A DNA stretch of 64,000 nt from an uncultured Gemmatimonadaceae bacterium (GCA_963761305.1 CAVXGK010000002.1:2144001-2208000), one strand, 5' to 3'; counted from the first letter of the stretch, positions 9,088 to 20,740 are shown. The notes: a model not told the origin generated them from the sequence alone. Numbers and translations are program-made.

Positions 9088-10953
9088 GTGGCAAAGTCAG
9101 TGCCGTCGCTAACATCGCTTCGGCGACTTGTTCCGTACTACCGACCGTACCGCGCGTCGGTGGTGATCGGGGTCGTGCTCATCGTCATATCAGCGGCGCT
9201 CGCGAGCGCGGTACCGTGGCTCCTGCGCCGAGCGCTCGACGGTATCCACGCCGGCGCTCCCCTGCGATCCATCTGGCTCCTCGGCGCCGCCATGATCGGC
9301 GTGTCGCTCGTGGGAGGTGTCGGACGCTTCTGGATGCGGGAGCTGCTCAACGGCATGAGCCGTTGGATCGAATACGACCTTCGTAACGATCTGTTCAGAA
9401 ATTTAGAACGATTGGACGCGAGTTACTACTCCCGTGTGCGCACTGGCGACCTGATGGCGCGCTTGACGAACGATTTGAGCGCCGTTCGGATGGCTGCCGG
9501 TCCGGCGGTGATGTACCTCACCAACACGATCGCTGGCGGCGCATTTGCTCTGGCGTTCATGGTGTACATATCGCCAGGATTGACAGTAGCCGCGGCGCTT
9601 CCGATGGCGCTGCTCCCGCTGTTGGGCATTCTCATCGGACGACGCATTCATGCACGATTCGAAGCGGTGCAGGCACACTTCTCTGATTTGACGACGCTGG
9701 CGCAGGAGAATCTTGCCGGAGTGCGCATCGTGCGCGCGTTCCGGCAGGAGCGCGCCGAGGTCGCGCGATTCGCCGCGCTCAACGAGGGCTACCTCGTGAA
9801 GAACATGGCGCTCGCGCAACTCTACGGTGCGATGCAGCCCGGCTTCGCGATTTTCGCGGGACTCGGCATGGTCGCCGTGGTCGGCGTCGGCGGCTCGCTG
9901 GTGCTAGGCGGTTCGATCACCGTCGGCAGCTTCGTGGCGTTCGGGCTGTACCTCGGCATGCTGACGTGGCCACTGATCGCGCTGGGCTGGGTGATCAACC
10001 TCTTTCAGCGCGGCGCGGCGTCGATGACGCGGCTGCTCGAGGTGCTGGATGCCAAGCCGTCGCTCGCTGAACCGGCGCAACCACGCGCGCTGCCGGCAAC
10101 GCGAAGCGGACGAAGCATCGAATTCCTTAACGTCGGATTCCACTATCCGTCACAAACGGGTGGGGAGCCTCGATGGGTACTTCGTAACGTGAACTTCATC
10201 GTTCCCGCTGGTGCGACGGTGGGCGTTGTCGGGGCGACCGCGAGCGGCAAGAGCGCGCTGATGGATCTCGTACCCCGCCTGTTCGATCCACAGGAAGGAG
10301 AGATCCGGATCGACGGCGTTCCGATTCGCGAACTCGAGCTCGCCACGCTGCGCCGCGAGATCGGCTACGTCCCGCAGGAGAGCTTTCTCTTTTCCGACAC
10401 GATCGGCAGCAACTTGTCGTACGCCGACACGACCGACGCGGACGGCCGCTGGGCGGCTGGAATCGCCCAGCTCGCCGAGACGATCGATCACTTCCCTGGC
10501 GGGTACGACACGGTGCTCGGCGAACGCGGGATCAACCTGTCGGGCGGGCAGAAGCAGCGGGCCGCGCTGGCGCGCGCGCTGGCGCGAAAGCCGGCGATCG
10601 TGCTGCTCGACGACGCACTGTCGGCGGTGGACACGCACACCGAAGCCGAGATTCTGCGCGCGCTCCGCGAGGCGCTGGCTGGGCGGACGGCGGTCATTGC
10701 GTCGCACCGGGTGAGCGCGATCCGCGACGCGACCTGGATCATCGTGCTCGACGAGGGGCGGGTCGTGGAACAAGGCAAGCACGCCGACCTCATCGCGGCC
10801 GGCGGCCGCTACTGGTCCTTGCTCAGCCGGCAGCAGTTGGAGGAGTCGATCGAGGAGGAGTCAGGGCAGGCGGCAGCCGGGACAGCTGGGGCGGACGGAG
10901 AGGGGTCATCCGAGTTGGCAGACGCGTTTCCGGGAGGTACACTCAACACATGA
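9088..10953 (+). CDS. ABC exporter, fused permease/ATPase
   Basis: TM domain with [12 protein letters not shown]; Walker [30 protein letters not shown]. Confidence 0.93.
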   Translation: MAKSVPSLTSLRRLVPYYRPYRASVVIGVVLIVISAALASAVPWLLRRALDGIHAGAPLRSIWLLGAAMIGVSLVGGVGRFWMRELLNGMSRWIEYDLRNDLFRNLERLDASYYSRVRTGDLMARLTNDLSAVRMAAGPAVMYLTNTIAGGAFALAFMVYISPGLTVAAALPMALLPLLGILIGRRIHARFEAVQAHFSDLTTLAQENLAGVRIVRAFRQERAEVARFAALNEGYLVKNMALAQLYGAMQPGFAIFAGLGMVAVVGVGGSLVLGGSITVGSFVAFGLYLGMLTWPLIALGWVINLFQRGAASMTRLLEVLDAKPSLAEPAQPRALPATRSGRSIEFLNVGFHYPSQTGGEPRWVLRNVNFIVPAGATVGVVGATASGKSALMDLVPRLFDPQEGEIRIDGVPIRELELATLRREIGYVPQESFLFSDTIGSNLSYADTTDADGRWAAGIAQLAETIDHFPGGYDTVLGERGINLSGGQKQRAALARALARKPAIVLLDDALSAVDTHTEAEILRALREALAGRTAVIASHRVSAIRDATWIIVLDEGRVVEQGKHADLIAAGGRYWSLLSRQQLEESIEEESGQAAAGTAGADGEGSSELADAFPGGTLNT

Positions 10954-11795
10954 GTCGGGTTGAATCCGCGGCAGACATCCGAGTGCCAATGAACGCATCG
11001 ACGAGCCCCGAACCGCGCCTCGCCGCCCTTCAAGCACGTTTCGAAGAGGCGATGCTGCAGATCGGCGAGCTCCGCGCGCGCGATAAGCTCAAGACGCAAT
11101 TCCTCGCCAACATCTCGCACGACCTGCGGACGCCGCTCACGGCGGTGATCACGCACGCCGAGATTCTGCGCGACGGGATCCTGGGCGACCTGTCGCCGCG
11201 GCAGCTCGAGAGCGTGAACGGGATCATTCACGGCGGGCGGCAGCTTCTCGAGCAGGTCGGCGAGATCCTCACCTACGCGCGCGGCGCGGCCGACCAACTC
11301 ACGCTCACGCCGACGCGGTTCGCGCTGCACGATGTGCTCGAGCAGGCGAGCGCGCTGAACGAGTCGCTGCTCAAGAAGAAGCGACTCACGCTGTTCGTCG
11401 AAGCCGACGCCGGCGTGCCGACGGTGACCGCCGACCGTGAGAAGATCGCGCACGTGGTCGGCAATCTGCTCGGCAACGCGATCGAGTTCACGCCGGCGGG
11501 CGGACGCGTGTGGCTCAAGGCATGCGTCGCGAGCGCGGAGACGACTCAGTCGGTGATGGTGGAGGTGGGCGACACGGGGGTCGGCATCGCGCCGGAGCAC
11601 CACGACCTCATCTTCCGCGAGTTCGCGCAGGTCGACGCGACGCCGTCGCGGCCGCACCACGGCACCGGGCTCGGACTCACGATCGCGCGCAAGCTGGTCG
11701 AGATGCACGGCGGTCGGATCTGGGTCGAGAGCCGGCTCGGCGCGGGTAGCCGTTTCTTCTTCACGGTTCCCATCGCGCCAGTGCGAGCCGATTGA
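10950..11795 (+). CDS. Cytoplasmic histidine kinase with no obvious sensor domain
   Basis: [14 protein letters not shown]-box, NLLGNA, DTGVGI, GTGLGL; only about 45 aa precede the H-box; ATGA overlap with the ABC gene. Confidence 0.9.
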   Translation: MSRVESAADIRVPMNASTSPEPRLAALQARFEEAMLQIGELRARDKLKTQFLANISHDLRTPLTAVITHAEILRDGILGDLSPRQLESVNGIIHGGRQLLEQVGEILTYARGAADQLTLTPTRFALHDVLEQASALNESLLKKKRLTLFVEADAGVPTVTADREKIAHVVGNLLGNAIEFTPAGGRVWLKACVASAETTQSVMVEVGDTGVGIAPEHHDLIFREFAQVDATPSRPHHGTGLGLTIARKLVEMHGGRIWVESRLGAGSRFFFTVPIAPVRAD

Positions 11796-11799
11796 GGCA

Positions 11800-12115
11800 C
11801 CCAAAAGCAACCGCAACGGCACAGCAACTGCTTCCACAGCAACTGCTTCGACGCAGAGACGCAGAGGATGCGGAGACGCAGAGAGGGTGGGCGCGCCGAA
11901 ACGAACTCTCGGTGGCGGCGGAGTTGAATTCCTTTTTGTGACTGCCGCTCGGGAAGCCACTAGAAGCATCCCGAGCGGCCGTTCCCAAGAAAGTCCCGGC
12001 TCGTGGCGGTAGGGATCTCGTGCGTCCGAGTACCCGCGTCCCTGCGTCTCTCCGTCCTCTGCGCCTCTGCGTCGATCGGTTGCAGTTGAAGTTGTCGTTG
12101 CAGTTGTCGTTTGGG
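11800..12115. repeat. Long nested palindrome (family B)
   Basis: TCGACGCAGAGACGCAGAGGATGCGGAGACGCAG (11848-11881) inverted at 12042-12075; GCAAC-rich and GTTGC-rich outer arms; inner hairpin GCCGCTCGGGA...TCCCGAGCGGC within 11932-11993. Confidence 0.8.
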
Positions 12116-12156
12116 AGTTGTGGGTGGGTATCACGCGATCGCCAGGTGATTTGACC

Positions 12157-12522
12157 GTGTCGCCGCACATTCTCATTGTCGAGGACAACGAGCACGTCAC
12201 GAGCGCGCTCCAGATCATGCTGGAGACGGTGCCGTGGCGGGTTTCGGTGGCCGGATCGATCGGCGCGGCGCTGGCAATTTCGCGGAATGACCCGCCGGTC
12301 GTCGCGCTGCTCGACCTCACGCTGCCGGATGGCGACGGGCTTCTTCTCGTCGCGCCGTTGCACGCGTCCGGCGCGCGCAGGATCGTGGTGCTGACCGGCC
12401 ACGACGATTTCGCCACGCGTCAGCGGTGTCTCGACGCCGGGTGCGCGGACGTGCTGATCAAACCGGTGTCGGTGCGCGATCTCATGGACCTGAGCCGCAC
12501 CTGGCTGGTCGAGCTACAGTAG
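12157..12522 (+). CDS. Single-domain response regulator (receiver)
   Basis: ILIVEDN, LLDLTLPDGDG, VLTG, IKP; start taken at GTG 12157. Confidence 0.9.
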   Translation: MSPHILIVEDNEHVTSALQIMLETVPWRVSVAGSIGAALAISRNDPPVVALLDLTLPDGDGLLLVAPLHASGARRIVVLTGHDDFATRQRCLDAGCADVLIKPVSVRDLMDLSRTWLVELQ

Positions 12523-13236
12523 CTGTTTGAGCGCGTTGGGCGTCCAGCCTTGCAGGACGCCGGTGAGCACGGACATGTAGTCCGTGATCATGAGTATCGC
12601 CACGACGACGAGCACCGCGCCGGCGACCTTGGTGACCCAACCGAGATGACGCCGGATCACGGCGAACGCGGCGAGGAAGCGCTCGACGGCGACGGCCGAG
12701 AGCACGAACGGTACCGCGAGGCCTAGCGAATAGGCGCCGAGTAAGGCGACGCCTCGCGACACCTGCGCCTGGGTCGCCGCGTACGTCAGAATGCTGCCCA
12801 GGATCGGGCCGATGCAGGGCGTCCATCCCGCTCCGAACGCGATGCCGACGAGCACCGTGCCAAGAAAGCCGAGCGGCTTGTCGGTGAGATGGATCCGGCG
12901 CTCGCGGGTGAAGATGCCTAGGTTGAAGACGCCGAGCAGGTAGAGCCCGAAGATGAGAACGAGCACACCGCCAACGCGGCTGATCCAGACGCGGTACGTG
13001 ACGAGCAGGCGACCGATGAGCGTAGCCGATGCGCCGAGGGCGAGAAAGATGAGCGAAAAGCCGGCTACGAACAGCAACGCGTGGACGAGCGTCGTGCGGC
13101 GCGCGCGGCTGGCGTCGTCGAGCGAGAGCCCCGTGATGAAGGTGATGTAGCTCGGGATGAGCGGCAGTACACACGGCGAGAGAAAGCTCGCGAGCCCCGC
13201 GCCGAACGCGATCGCCACACCGACGGTGCCCGCCAA
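12514..13236 (-). CDS. ccdA: Cytochrome c biogenesis protein CcdA/DsbD TM domain
   Basis: AGLASFLSPCVLPLIPSY and GWTPCIGPILG; start TTG 13236 with GGGGAG upstream (approximate). Confidence 0.9.
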   Translation of the reverse strand: MAGTVGVAIAFGAGLASFLSPCVLPLIPSYITFITGLSLDDASRARRTTLVHALLFVAGFSLIFLALGASATLIGRLLVTYRVWISRVGGVLVLIFGLYLLGVFNLGIFTRERRIHLTDKPLGFLGTVLVGIAFGAGWTPCIGPILGSILTYAATQAQVSRGVALLGAYSLGLAVPFVLSAVAVERFLAAFAVIRRHLGWVTKVAGAVLVVVAILMITDYMSVLTGVLQGWTPNALKQLL

Positions 13237-16200
13237 CGATCTCCCCCCTGCGCATATCGACGAGCCACCCGTCGTCCGAGGGCGCGCGTCTCGACTTTTG
13301 AAGTGGTACTTCGCGCTCAAATATCGCGTCTTCCGCCGGGAGCGGCGACCGCGCGACGGACGGCGCGGTCTCGTGATGCTGCAGATCGACGCGCTGGCAT
13401 ACGCCGAGTTGCGTCGCGCGATCGAGTTGGGCTACTGCCCGACGATCGAGCAAATGGTGCGCGAGCAGGGCTACACGCTGCGCCGCTGGTTCTGCGGGCT
13501 TCCGTCGGCCACACCGTACTGCCAGGCGGGATTCTTTCACGGCGAGAACGACGGCATTCCGGCGTTCCGGTTCTACGACAAGTCGGAGCAGCGCGTCATC
13601 ACGTGCAACACGCCGGCGGGCGTGCAATACATTCGCGACCGCATCACTGCGCCGGGCGCGCTGGCGGGCGGATCGAGCTACGTGAATCTGCTCGACGGTG
13701 ACGCGCAGAACGTCGCGTTCACCGTCGCGACGCGCGACCAGGCCTCAGTGTTCAAACGACTCGGCGGGTGGCGCATGGCGATGCTCATGCTCATCCACCC
13801 GATTCGCGTGCTGCGCATGGGCGCGCAGGCGGCGCTCGAGTGGCTCCGCGAAGACTACGAGCGCAGCATCTCGGAGTTGACGGGACGGCGGACGCACAGC
13901 GAAGGGTTGTTCCCGTTCATTCGCGTGTTGACGAGCGTCGTCGTGCGCGAGCTGCAGACGATGGCGATCCTGCTCGACGTGTACTCGGGCGTGCCCGTCA
14001 TCTACAGCACTTTCATGCAATACGACGAGCTCGGACATCACTTCGGGCCGGCCAGCTTCCAGGCGCTGCGCGATCTGCGCCGCACCGACGCACGCATTCG
14101 CGAAATCCGCCGCATGATCGCCAACGCGGGCGGGCGCGAGTACGACCTGGTGATTCTCTCGGACCACGGCATGACGCCGTCGGTGAGCTATCGCGTGCGG
14201 TTCGGCGAAACGCTGGGCACGACGATCGAGCACGTGTTGCAACGCGACGCCGCGCGCACGGGCGAGCGGCCCCTGAGCGCGAGCACGAGCTTCGCGCAAG
14301 ACGGCGAGTACGCCGACATGAGCGCGCGCGTCGTCGACGCGGTGGCCGAGGCGACGCCTGAGCGGCATCGCACCGTGCGCGGAATCCTGTTGAGGGCCCG
14401 CGATTGGGTGCGGAGCAGATACGGGCTTCGCGAACTGATCCTGCCCGAGAAATACCGCGTCGAGGCGGGGCAAGACGTGGTCGTGACCTACAGCTCCGAT
14501 CTGGCGCTCCTGTATTTCGCCGACGACCGGAATCCGCTCGACCTCGACCAGATCGCGGGAGACAACCGGCGTGCGGCGCTCTACGACGCGTTGCTCGACC
14601 ACCCCGGTGTAGGTCTCCTGGCAGCTCGGAGCGGAACCTCGGTTCACGTCGAGAGTAGCACCGGACGCGCGATTCTGGCCGACGGGGCCGTGCGTGTGCT
14701 CGAAGGCGCGAACCCTCTCGAGCCCTACGGGACTTCTTCTCTCGTGATCCGCGCCCTCGAACGGCTCGTCTGGCAACCGAACACCGGCGATCTCACGATC
14801 TTCGGGGCGTACGACGGCTATGAGATCGTCTCGTTCGACGATCAAATCGGCGCGCATGGGGCGGCCGGGGGAAACCAGTTGCATCCGTTCCTGATCGGTC
14901 CGCCGGAGCTCCAGTTGGAGCACGAGACGATCGACGACCCGCGCGACATCCACCGGGTGATTCTCGCGAAGTACATGGCGGGCGCGGCGCTCGCGTTCGC
15001 GTGCGTCGGACTGGGTGGAGCGCGTGCGTCGCTTCACGCACAACAGGCGACCCGACGGGACACGACCGGCGTCATCGCCGGCCGGGTGATCGACGCGGAG
15101 AAAGCGGAGCCGCGCGCGGGTACGACGATCTCGATCGTCGGGACGACGCGGGGCACCTTGGCCGACGCCGACGGCCGCTTCGTGATCAGCGCCGTGGCGC
15201 CGGGTGACCGGACGATTCGCGCGCACATACTCGGCTACGCGACGCTCGACCGCGCGGTGGTCGTGCGCGCCGGAGACACGACGCGCGTCGAGCTGCGGCT
15301 CGAGCCGGAAGCGCAGGTGCTGAGCGCGGTAAAGACGGAAGCAAAACCCATAGACCGCGAGCTGTTCGATTCCAGGCCGGCCGTCGGTACGGTGCAGCTC
15401 ACGGCGCGCGCGGCCGAGGGCGTGCCAAGGCTCGGTGATCCCGACGTAATGCGGATCGTGCAACTGCTGCCGGGCGTCGAAGCGCGCAACGATTTCTCGA
15501 CCGGGTTCAACGTGCGCGGCGGCGAGGCGGATCAAAATCTCATTCTCCTCGACGGCTATCCGATCTACAACCCGTTTCACCTCGGCGGATTGTTCAGCAC
15601 GTTCATCGATCCGACGGTGGGCGACATCACGCTCATGACGGGCGGCTTTCCCGCGCGCTACGGCAGCCGGCTGTCGAGCGTGCTCGACGTAAGCTCCGCC
15701 GAGGAGACGCGGGCCGGTCTGCACGGGACGGCCGAGCTGTCGTTGCTGTCGTCGACGGGCGAGTTGGGCGGTTCGTTCGACAGTGGGAAGGCGACGTGGA
15801 TGATCGCCGGACGTCGCACGTACGCCGACGAATTCGTGAAGCTGATCAGCAGCGACCAACTGCCGTATCACTTTCGCGACGAGCAGGCGCACTTCTCGTA
15901 CGCGTTCTCGCCGTCGACAAGACTGACCGTCACCGCGTACGACGGACGCGACATACTGAATGCCGACATCGCCTCGTTCAGCGACTCGACCGGCACGAAC
16001 GCGAGCGGCGGGTCGTTTCTATTCGACTGGGGAAACACGGTCGTCGGCGCGACGCTCGCGACGTCGTTCCGGCGCCCGAACGCTCAGTGGCTGTTCGGCG
16101 ACAGCGCGACAGCCGAGCAGCACGCGTCGCGCTCGCGGTTCTCGACGGCGCTGAATCTTGGCGCCGGTTCGCTCATCCTCACGAATGCGGTCAACGACAC

Positions 16201-17311
16201 GCGTCTCGGGGGATCGATCACGGCGCACAGCGCGTCCAACGACCGCACGCTCGGCTACGACGCGGCGACGTACACGATCGACTATGGAGCGTCGTCGCCG
16301 CAGACGGAGACGCAACTCTACGGCTTACACCAGCGCCCGACATCGGGCGCGTTGTTTCTCGACGATCTCTGGCGGCCGTCGTCCTCGTGGCTGGTCGAGA
16401 CCGGGCTGCGGGGTGAAGCGTACGCCGGCGCCGGCCTCACCTGGCTCGGGCTCTCGCCGCGCGTGTCGGCCAAGTATTTCGTGACGCCGGAGCTCGCGTT
16501 CACGGCGGCGGTCGGAAAGTTCACGCAGGGCATGCACTCGCTGGCGCGCGAGGACATTCCGGTGCGCCTGTTCGACTTCTGGGTGGCAAGCGACTCGGTG
16601 ACGCCGGTGTCGAGCGCGTGGCATTTCGTGACGGGCGGCGAGAAGTGGTTCGGCACGTCGCGCTACGTGCGGGTCGAGGGATTTTACAAGAAGTACGGAA
16701 GCCTCCTCGACGCAAACCCGTCGCCGGATCCCGACAATCCGTCGACGAATTTTTTCTCGGAGACCGGCGAGTCGTACGGCGCGGACGTGCTGTTGCGCGA
16801 GTTCGAGCGCGGGCCGTTCAGCGGCTGGATCTCGTACACGTACACCGTTTCGACGCGGCAGGTCGATTCGATCAGCTACTTCCCGGGGCAGGACCGACGG
16901 CACGATTTCAACTTCGTCGCCAACTGGCGGGCGAAGAGGTATCTGATCGGGCTGCGCTTCGGATACGCGACGGGAACGCCGTACACCGACATCGTCGGCG
17001 AGATCGTGCGGCGGATCTACGATCCGGGTCTCAACGCGTTCGGCACGCGCGGCGGTGGTCCGCAGAACGAATTCATCGGCGGTCCGCGCGACGGGGCGCG
17101 TCTGCCGCCGACGCAACGACTCGATCTGAGCGTGACGCGGACGTATTCGGTGCGCGGCACGTCGATCGCGCCGTATTTGAGCGTGGTGAACGCGTACGAC
17201 GCGAAGAACGTGTTCCTGTATGTGTTCGACTACGCCGCGAGCCCGCCGACCAAGCAGGCGATCTCGCAATTCCCGCTGCTGCCGTCCGCCGGTGTTTCGA
17301 TTCACTTCTAG
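13226..17311 (+). CDS. Fusion ORF: alkaline-phosphatase-superfamily (type I phosphodiesterase-like) domain + CarboxypepD_reg/plug/barrel TonB-dependent receptor
   Basis: N half: LQIDAL, PSAT, YDELGHH, LSDHGM, GAHG. After MAGAALAFACVGLGG..SLHA (ATG 14975): GRVIDAE...DADGRF...LGY, LPGV...NVRGGEADQN..LLDG..IYNPFH.GGLFS, GGFPARYG.RLSSVLDV, terminal SIHF. No stop between halves; start uncertain (13226-13376). Confidence 0.8.
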   Translation: MPANDLPPAHIDEPPVVRGRASRLLKWYFALKYRVFRRERRPRDGRRGLVMLQIDALAYAELRRAIELGYCPTIEQMVREQGYTLRRWFCGLPSATPYCQAGFFHGENDGIPAFRFYDKSEQRVITCNTPAGVQYIRDRITAPGALAGGSSYVNLLDGDAQNVAFTVATRDQASVFKRLGGWRMAMLMLIHPIRVLRMGAQAALEWLREDYERSISELTGRRTHSEGLFPFIRVLTSVVVRELQTMAILLDVYSGVPVIYSTFMQYDELGHHFGPASFQALRDLRRTDARIREIRRMIANAGGREYDLVILSDHGMTPSVSYRVRFGETLGTTIEHVLQRDAARTGERPLSASTSFAQDGEYADMSARVVDAVAEATPERHRTVRGILLRARDWVRSRYGLRELILPEKYRVEAGQDVVVTYSSDLALLYFADDRNPLDLDQIAGDNRRAALYDALLDHPGVGLLAARSGTSVHVESSTGRAILADGAVRVLEGANPLEPYGTSSLVIRALERLVWQPNTGDLTIFGAYDGYEIVSFDDQIGAHGAAGGNQLHPFLIGPPELQLEHETIDDPRDIHRVILAKYMAGAALAFACVGLGGARASLHAQQATRRDTTGVIAGRVIDAEKAEPRAGTTISIVGTTRGTLADADGRFVISAVAPGDRTIRAHILGYATLDRAVVVRAGDTTRVELRLEPEAQVLSAVKTEAKPIDRELFDSRPAVGTVQLTARAAEGVPRLGDPDVMRIVQLLPGVEARNDFSTGFNVRGGEADQNLILLDGYPIYNPFHLGGLFSTFIDPTVGDITLMTGGFPARYGSRLSSVLDVSSAEETRAGLHGTAELSLLSSTGELGGSFDSGKATWMIAGRRTYADEFVKLISSDQLPYHFRDEQAHFSYAFSPSTRLTVTAYDGRDILNADIASFSDSTGTNASGGSFLFDWGNTVVGATLATSFRRPNAQWLFGDSATAEQHASRSRFSTALNLGAGSLILTNAVNDTRLGGSITAHSASNDRTLGYDAATYTIDYGASSPQTETQLYGLHQRPTSGALFLDDLWRPSSSWLVETGLRGEAYAGAGLTWLGLSPRVSAKYFVTPELAFTAAVGKFTQGMHSLAREDIPVRLFDFWVASDSVTPVSSAWHFVTGGEKWFGTSRYVRVEGFYKKYGSLLDANPSPDPDNPSTNFFSETGESYGADVLLREFERGPFSGWISYTYTVSTRQVDSISYFPGQDRRHDFNFVANWRAKRYLIGLRFGYATGTPYTDIVGEIVRRIYDPGLNAFGTRGGGPQNEFIGGPRDGARLPPTQRLDLSVTRTYSVRGTSIAPYLSVVNAYDAKNVFLYVFDYAASPPTKQAISQFPLLPSAGVSIHF

Positions 17312-18461
17312 AGTCGCCGCGGTCGCGCTGGGTGCGCTGGTCGTCGTCGCGGGCTGCGAGTTGGAGAAGGTCTCCATTCCCTCCTCGACGCCTGGCGTGG
17401 TGGTGCACGCGGTGATGAACCCGAGCGCGGGCGCGCAAGTCGTGTACCTCGAGCGCACGCTCACGGGCGCGGCGCCTCTCCCCGAGCCTGCGTTTGATCC
17501 CAACGACCCGATCGCGAGCGCCGGCGGAATTCCGATCTCCGGCGCCCTCGTGGAAATCATCGACTCGAGTGGCACCCGGACCCCGGGGGTCGAGACGTTG
17601 ATTCAGGGAAACGGCCAGGGGCGCGGCGTCTATTTCGTACCAGTGCCGGCCAGCCTGATACGGCTCGGACAGCGCTACGAGCTTCACGTGCACACGCAGG
17701 AGGGCGAGGATCTCACGGCGTTCACACGGATTCCGCTGCCCGAAGTATCGTCGACGCAGGGGCTCACACAGACGCTCAACCGCGACCACGACACGCTGTC
17801 GATCAGTTGGGCCGCGGCGCTCAGGACTCGTGCGTACGCGATGCGCGTGGAGAGTCCGTTCGGGCCGTTCTTCCTGTTCACCGACAGCCTGCACGTGCGA
17901 CTCACCGGCGACCTGCGCAACATCTTCGCCGGCGAGCTTCAGCACGTGCTCATCCCCGGCTTCCATCAGGACATTCTCGTCGCCGCAGTGGACTCGAACT
18001 TCTTCGACTACTATCGCACGAACGACGATCCGTTCACCGGCGCGGGGATCATCAGCCGGATCAACGGTGGGCTCGGGTTGTTCGGATCGCTCGTCACATT
18101 GACGAACGGCACGCTGACGGTAATCGCCGATCAGACGCAGCCGGTCGAAGGACGATATCGTGCGCAGCCGCCGGTGGACTCGACGTCGCTCGCGTCTTCG
18201 ATCAACCTCTACATCGAATCACCCGCCATACGATCGGACGCGCCGTCGGCGCTGAGCGGCCGATACAATTCGCCGGGCCCGAATCTTCGCGCCGACGGCC
18301 TGATCGGGACGATCAACGGGAGCGAGGTAGTTCTCGCGTTCCTGGCGAATCAGTTGGCGAGCGACACCGTCGACGTGTTCGTCGGCCAGTTGAACAGCGG
18401 CGTGCTGAGAGGAGAGTACCGCGGTCACCCCGGCACGACGGTGACGTTCGTCAAACAGTGA
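17292..18461 (+). CDS. DUF4249-like lipoprotein, partner of the TonB-dependent receptor
   Basis: Lipobox VAGC, GVVVHAVMNP, ISGALVEI, GQRYELHV, SRINGGLGLFGS; directly follows and overlaps the TBDR end. Confidence 0.7.
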   Translation: MFRFTSRVAAVALGALVVVAGCELEKVSIPSSTPGVVVHAVMNPSAGAQVVYLERTLTGAAPLPEPAFDPNDPIASAGGIPISGALVEIIDSSGTRTPGVETLIQGNGQGRGVYFVPVPASLIRLGQRYELHVHTQEGEDLTAFTRIPLPEVSSTQGLTQTLNRDHDTLSISWAAALRTRAYAMRVESPFGPFFLFTDSLHVRLTGDLRNIFAGELQHVLIPGFHQDILVAAVDSNFFDYYRTNDDPFTGAGIISRINGGLGLFGSLVTLTNGTLTVIADQTQPVEGRYRAQPPVDSTSLASSINLYIESPAIRSDAPSALSGRYNSPGPNLRADGLIGTINGSEVVLAFLANQLASDTVDVFVGQLNSGVLRGEYRGHPGTTVTFVKQ

Positions 18462-18836
18462 CGAGCGCGCGAACCTCGTCGCCGTCCAGGCGCGTGGGAT
18501 CTTCGAGATCACCCGACCGCCGCTGCACGCCGCGCACGACCGCGTCCACCGTGACGAGTGGCGCATCCGCCTCGGCGACGACGCTCGTCTCCCATTTGCC
18601 GCGATCGGGACCCTTGAGCACGAGCCGATAGAGCGCCGTGTAGACGACGAATCGCGGCTCGGGATCGGTCGCGTCCTGGCCTTCGAACGGGATCGCCGCC
18701 ACGACGGCGACGCCGCTCTCGATTCCGGCCTGACGCATCGGCGCGAACAGGTGCACCTCGGCGATGCGGTGGGCGGCGATCTGCGCGACGATGGCGCCGA
18801 GGAAACGCTCGCGCGTGTCGAGAGGCTGCACGACGG

Positions 18837-18840
<4 letters not shown>
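18451..18840 (-). CDS. Hypothetical protein
   Basis: MTVVQPLDTRERFL...; ATGA-type overlap with the upstream gene; globular-looking composition. Confidence 0.7.
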
Positions 18841-19967
<1,127 letters not shown>

Positions 19968-20001
19968 GCACTGGAATGTCGCGGGTCGGGGGCTGGGATT
20001 G

Positions 20002-20105
20002 CAGGTGGACGGGTGGACGGGTGAACAGCGACCGCCCCGCCGTTTCGCCGTTCAGGCTGTCACCTGTCCACCTGTCCACCTGTCCACCCGTCCACCCGTC
20101 CACCC
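20002..20105. repeat. 8-bp repeat family (GTCCACCY) in both orientations, forming an inverted repeat
   Basis: CAGGTGGACGGGTGGACGGGTGAACAG ... CTGTCACCTGTCCACCTGTCCACCTGTCCACCCGTCCACCCGTCCACCC. Confidence 0.8.
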
Positions 20106-20107
20106 TA

Positions 20108-20740
20108 TCAACGCCCGCCCCAGACGAAGCCCATGCCGATCCCGAAGCCGAAGCCGGTCGCGTGCTCGGTGAGCGCGTCGGGGTGGTCGAACGAGCTGAC
20201 GGCGTGGTAGTCGCCCTCGGCGCGCAGCATGAAATGGCGCGCGACGTACCAGTCGGCGCCGGCGCCGAAGCGCGCGCCGGCGGCCGTCTCGGTCGTCGTC
20301 GACACCGAGCCGAACGCCGAGGCATCGGCCACCGAGTGGATGTAGGGACCGGCGGAGAGCGACAGGAACGGCCGCAGCGTGCGCGTGAGCGCAATCGGTT
20401 CCGGTGAATAGCGAACGCCAAACAGAACTGGCGTGATCATGTTCGCATAGCTCCGTCCGGCTTCCGCGAACGTGTCGGTATTCAACACGCCGATGTTGAT
20501 CTCGACCGCGGCCTGCGGGTGGACGTATCGGGCGTAGCCCATGTATCCGAGCTCGCCAGTCGAATGCGTGCTCGCTGCCACGCCGGGGGCCGACGCCGTC
20601 GCGTCGCGCGCGCCGGTGAGACCGATGCCAAGTGAAATGATGTTCTTGCCGGCGAGGCTCAACGTGTCGTCGGATCGCTGCGCGAGAAGAACTGACGGCG
20701 CGATCAGAGCAATCGCCAACGAAGCCGCGGTGCGTCGCAT
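20108..20740 (-). CDS. Outer-membrane beta-barrel protein (OmpW/OmpA-like)
   Basis: Signal peptide MRRTAASLAIALIAPSVLLA; LRPFLSLSAG, FGAGADW, C-terminal GFGIGMGFVW. Confidence 0.7.
   Translation of the reverse strand: MRRTAASLAIALIAPSVLLAQRSDDTLSLAGKNIISLGIGLTGARDATASAPGVAASTHSTGELGYMGYARYVHPQAAVEINIGVLNTDTFAEAGRSYANMITPVLFGVRYSPEPIALTRTLRPFLSLSAGPYIHSVADASAFGSVSTTTETAAGARFGAGADWYVARHFMLRAEGDYHAVSSFDHPDALTEHATGFGFGIGMGFVWGGR

Noticed and set aside
9360..9720. Locally lower-GC stretch within the ABC transporter
   Set aside because: The frame and motifs are intact and no boundaries or mobility signals are visible; cannot be quantified by eye.
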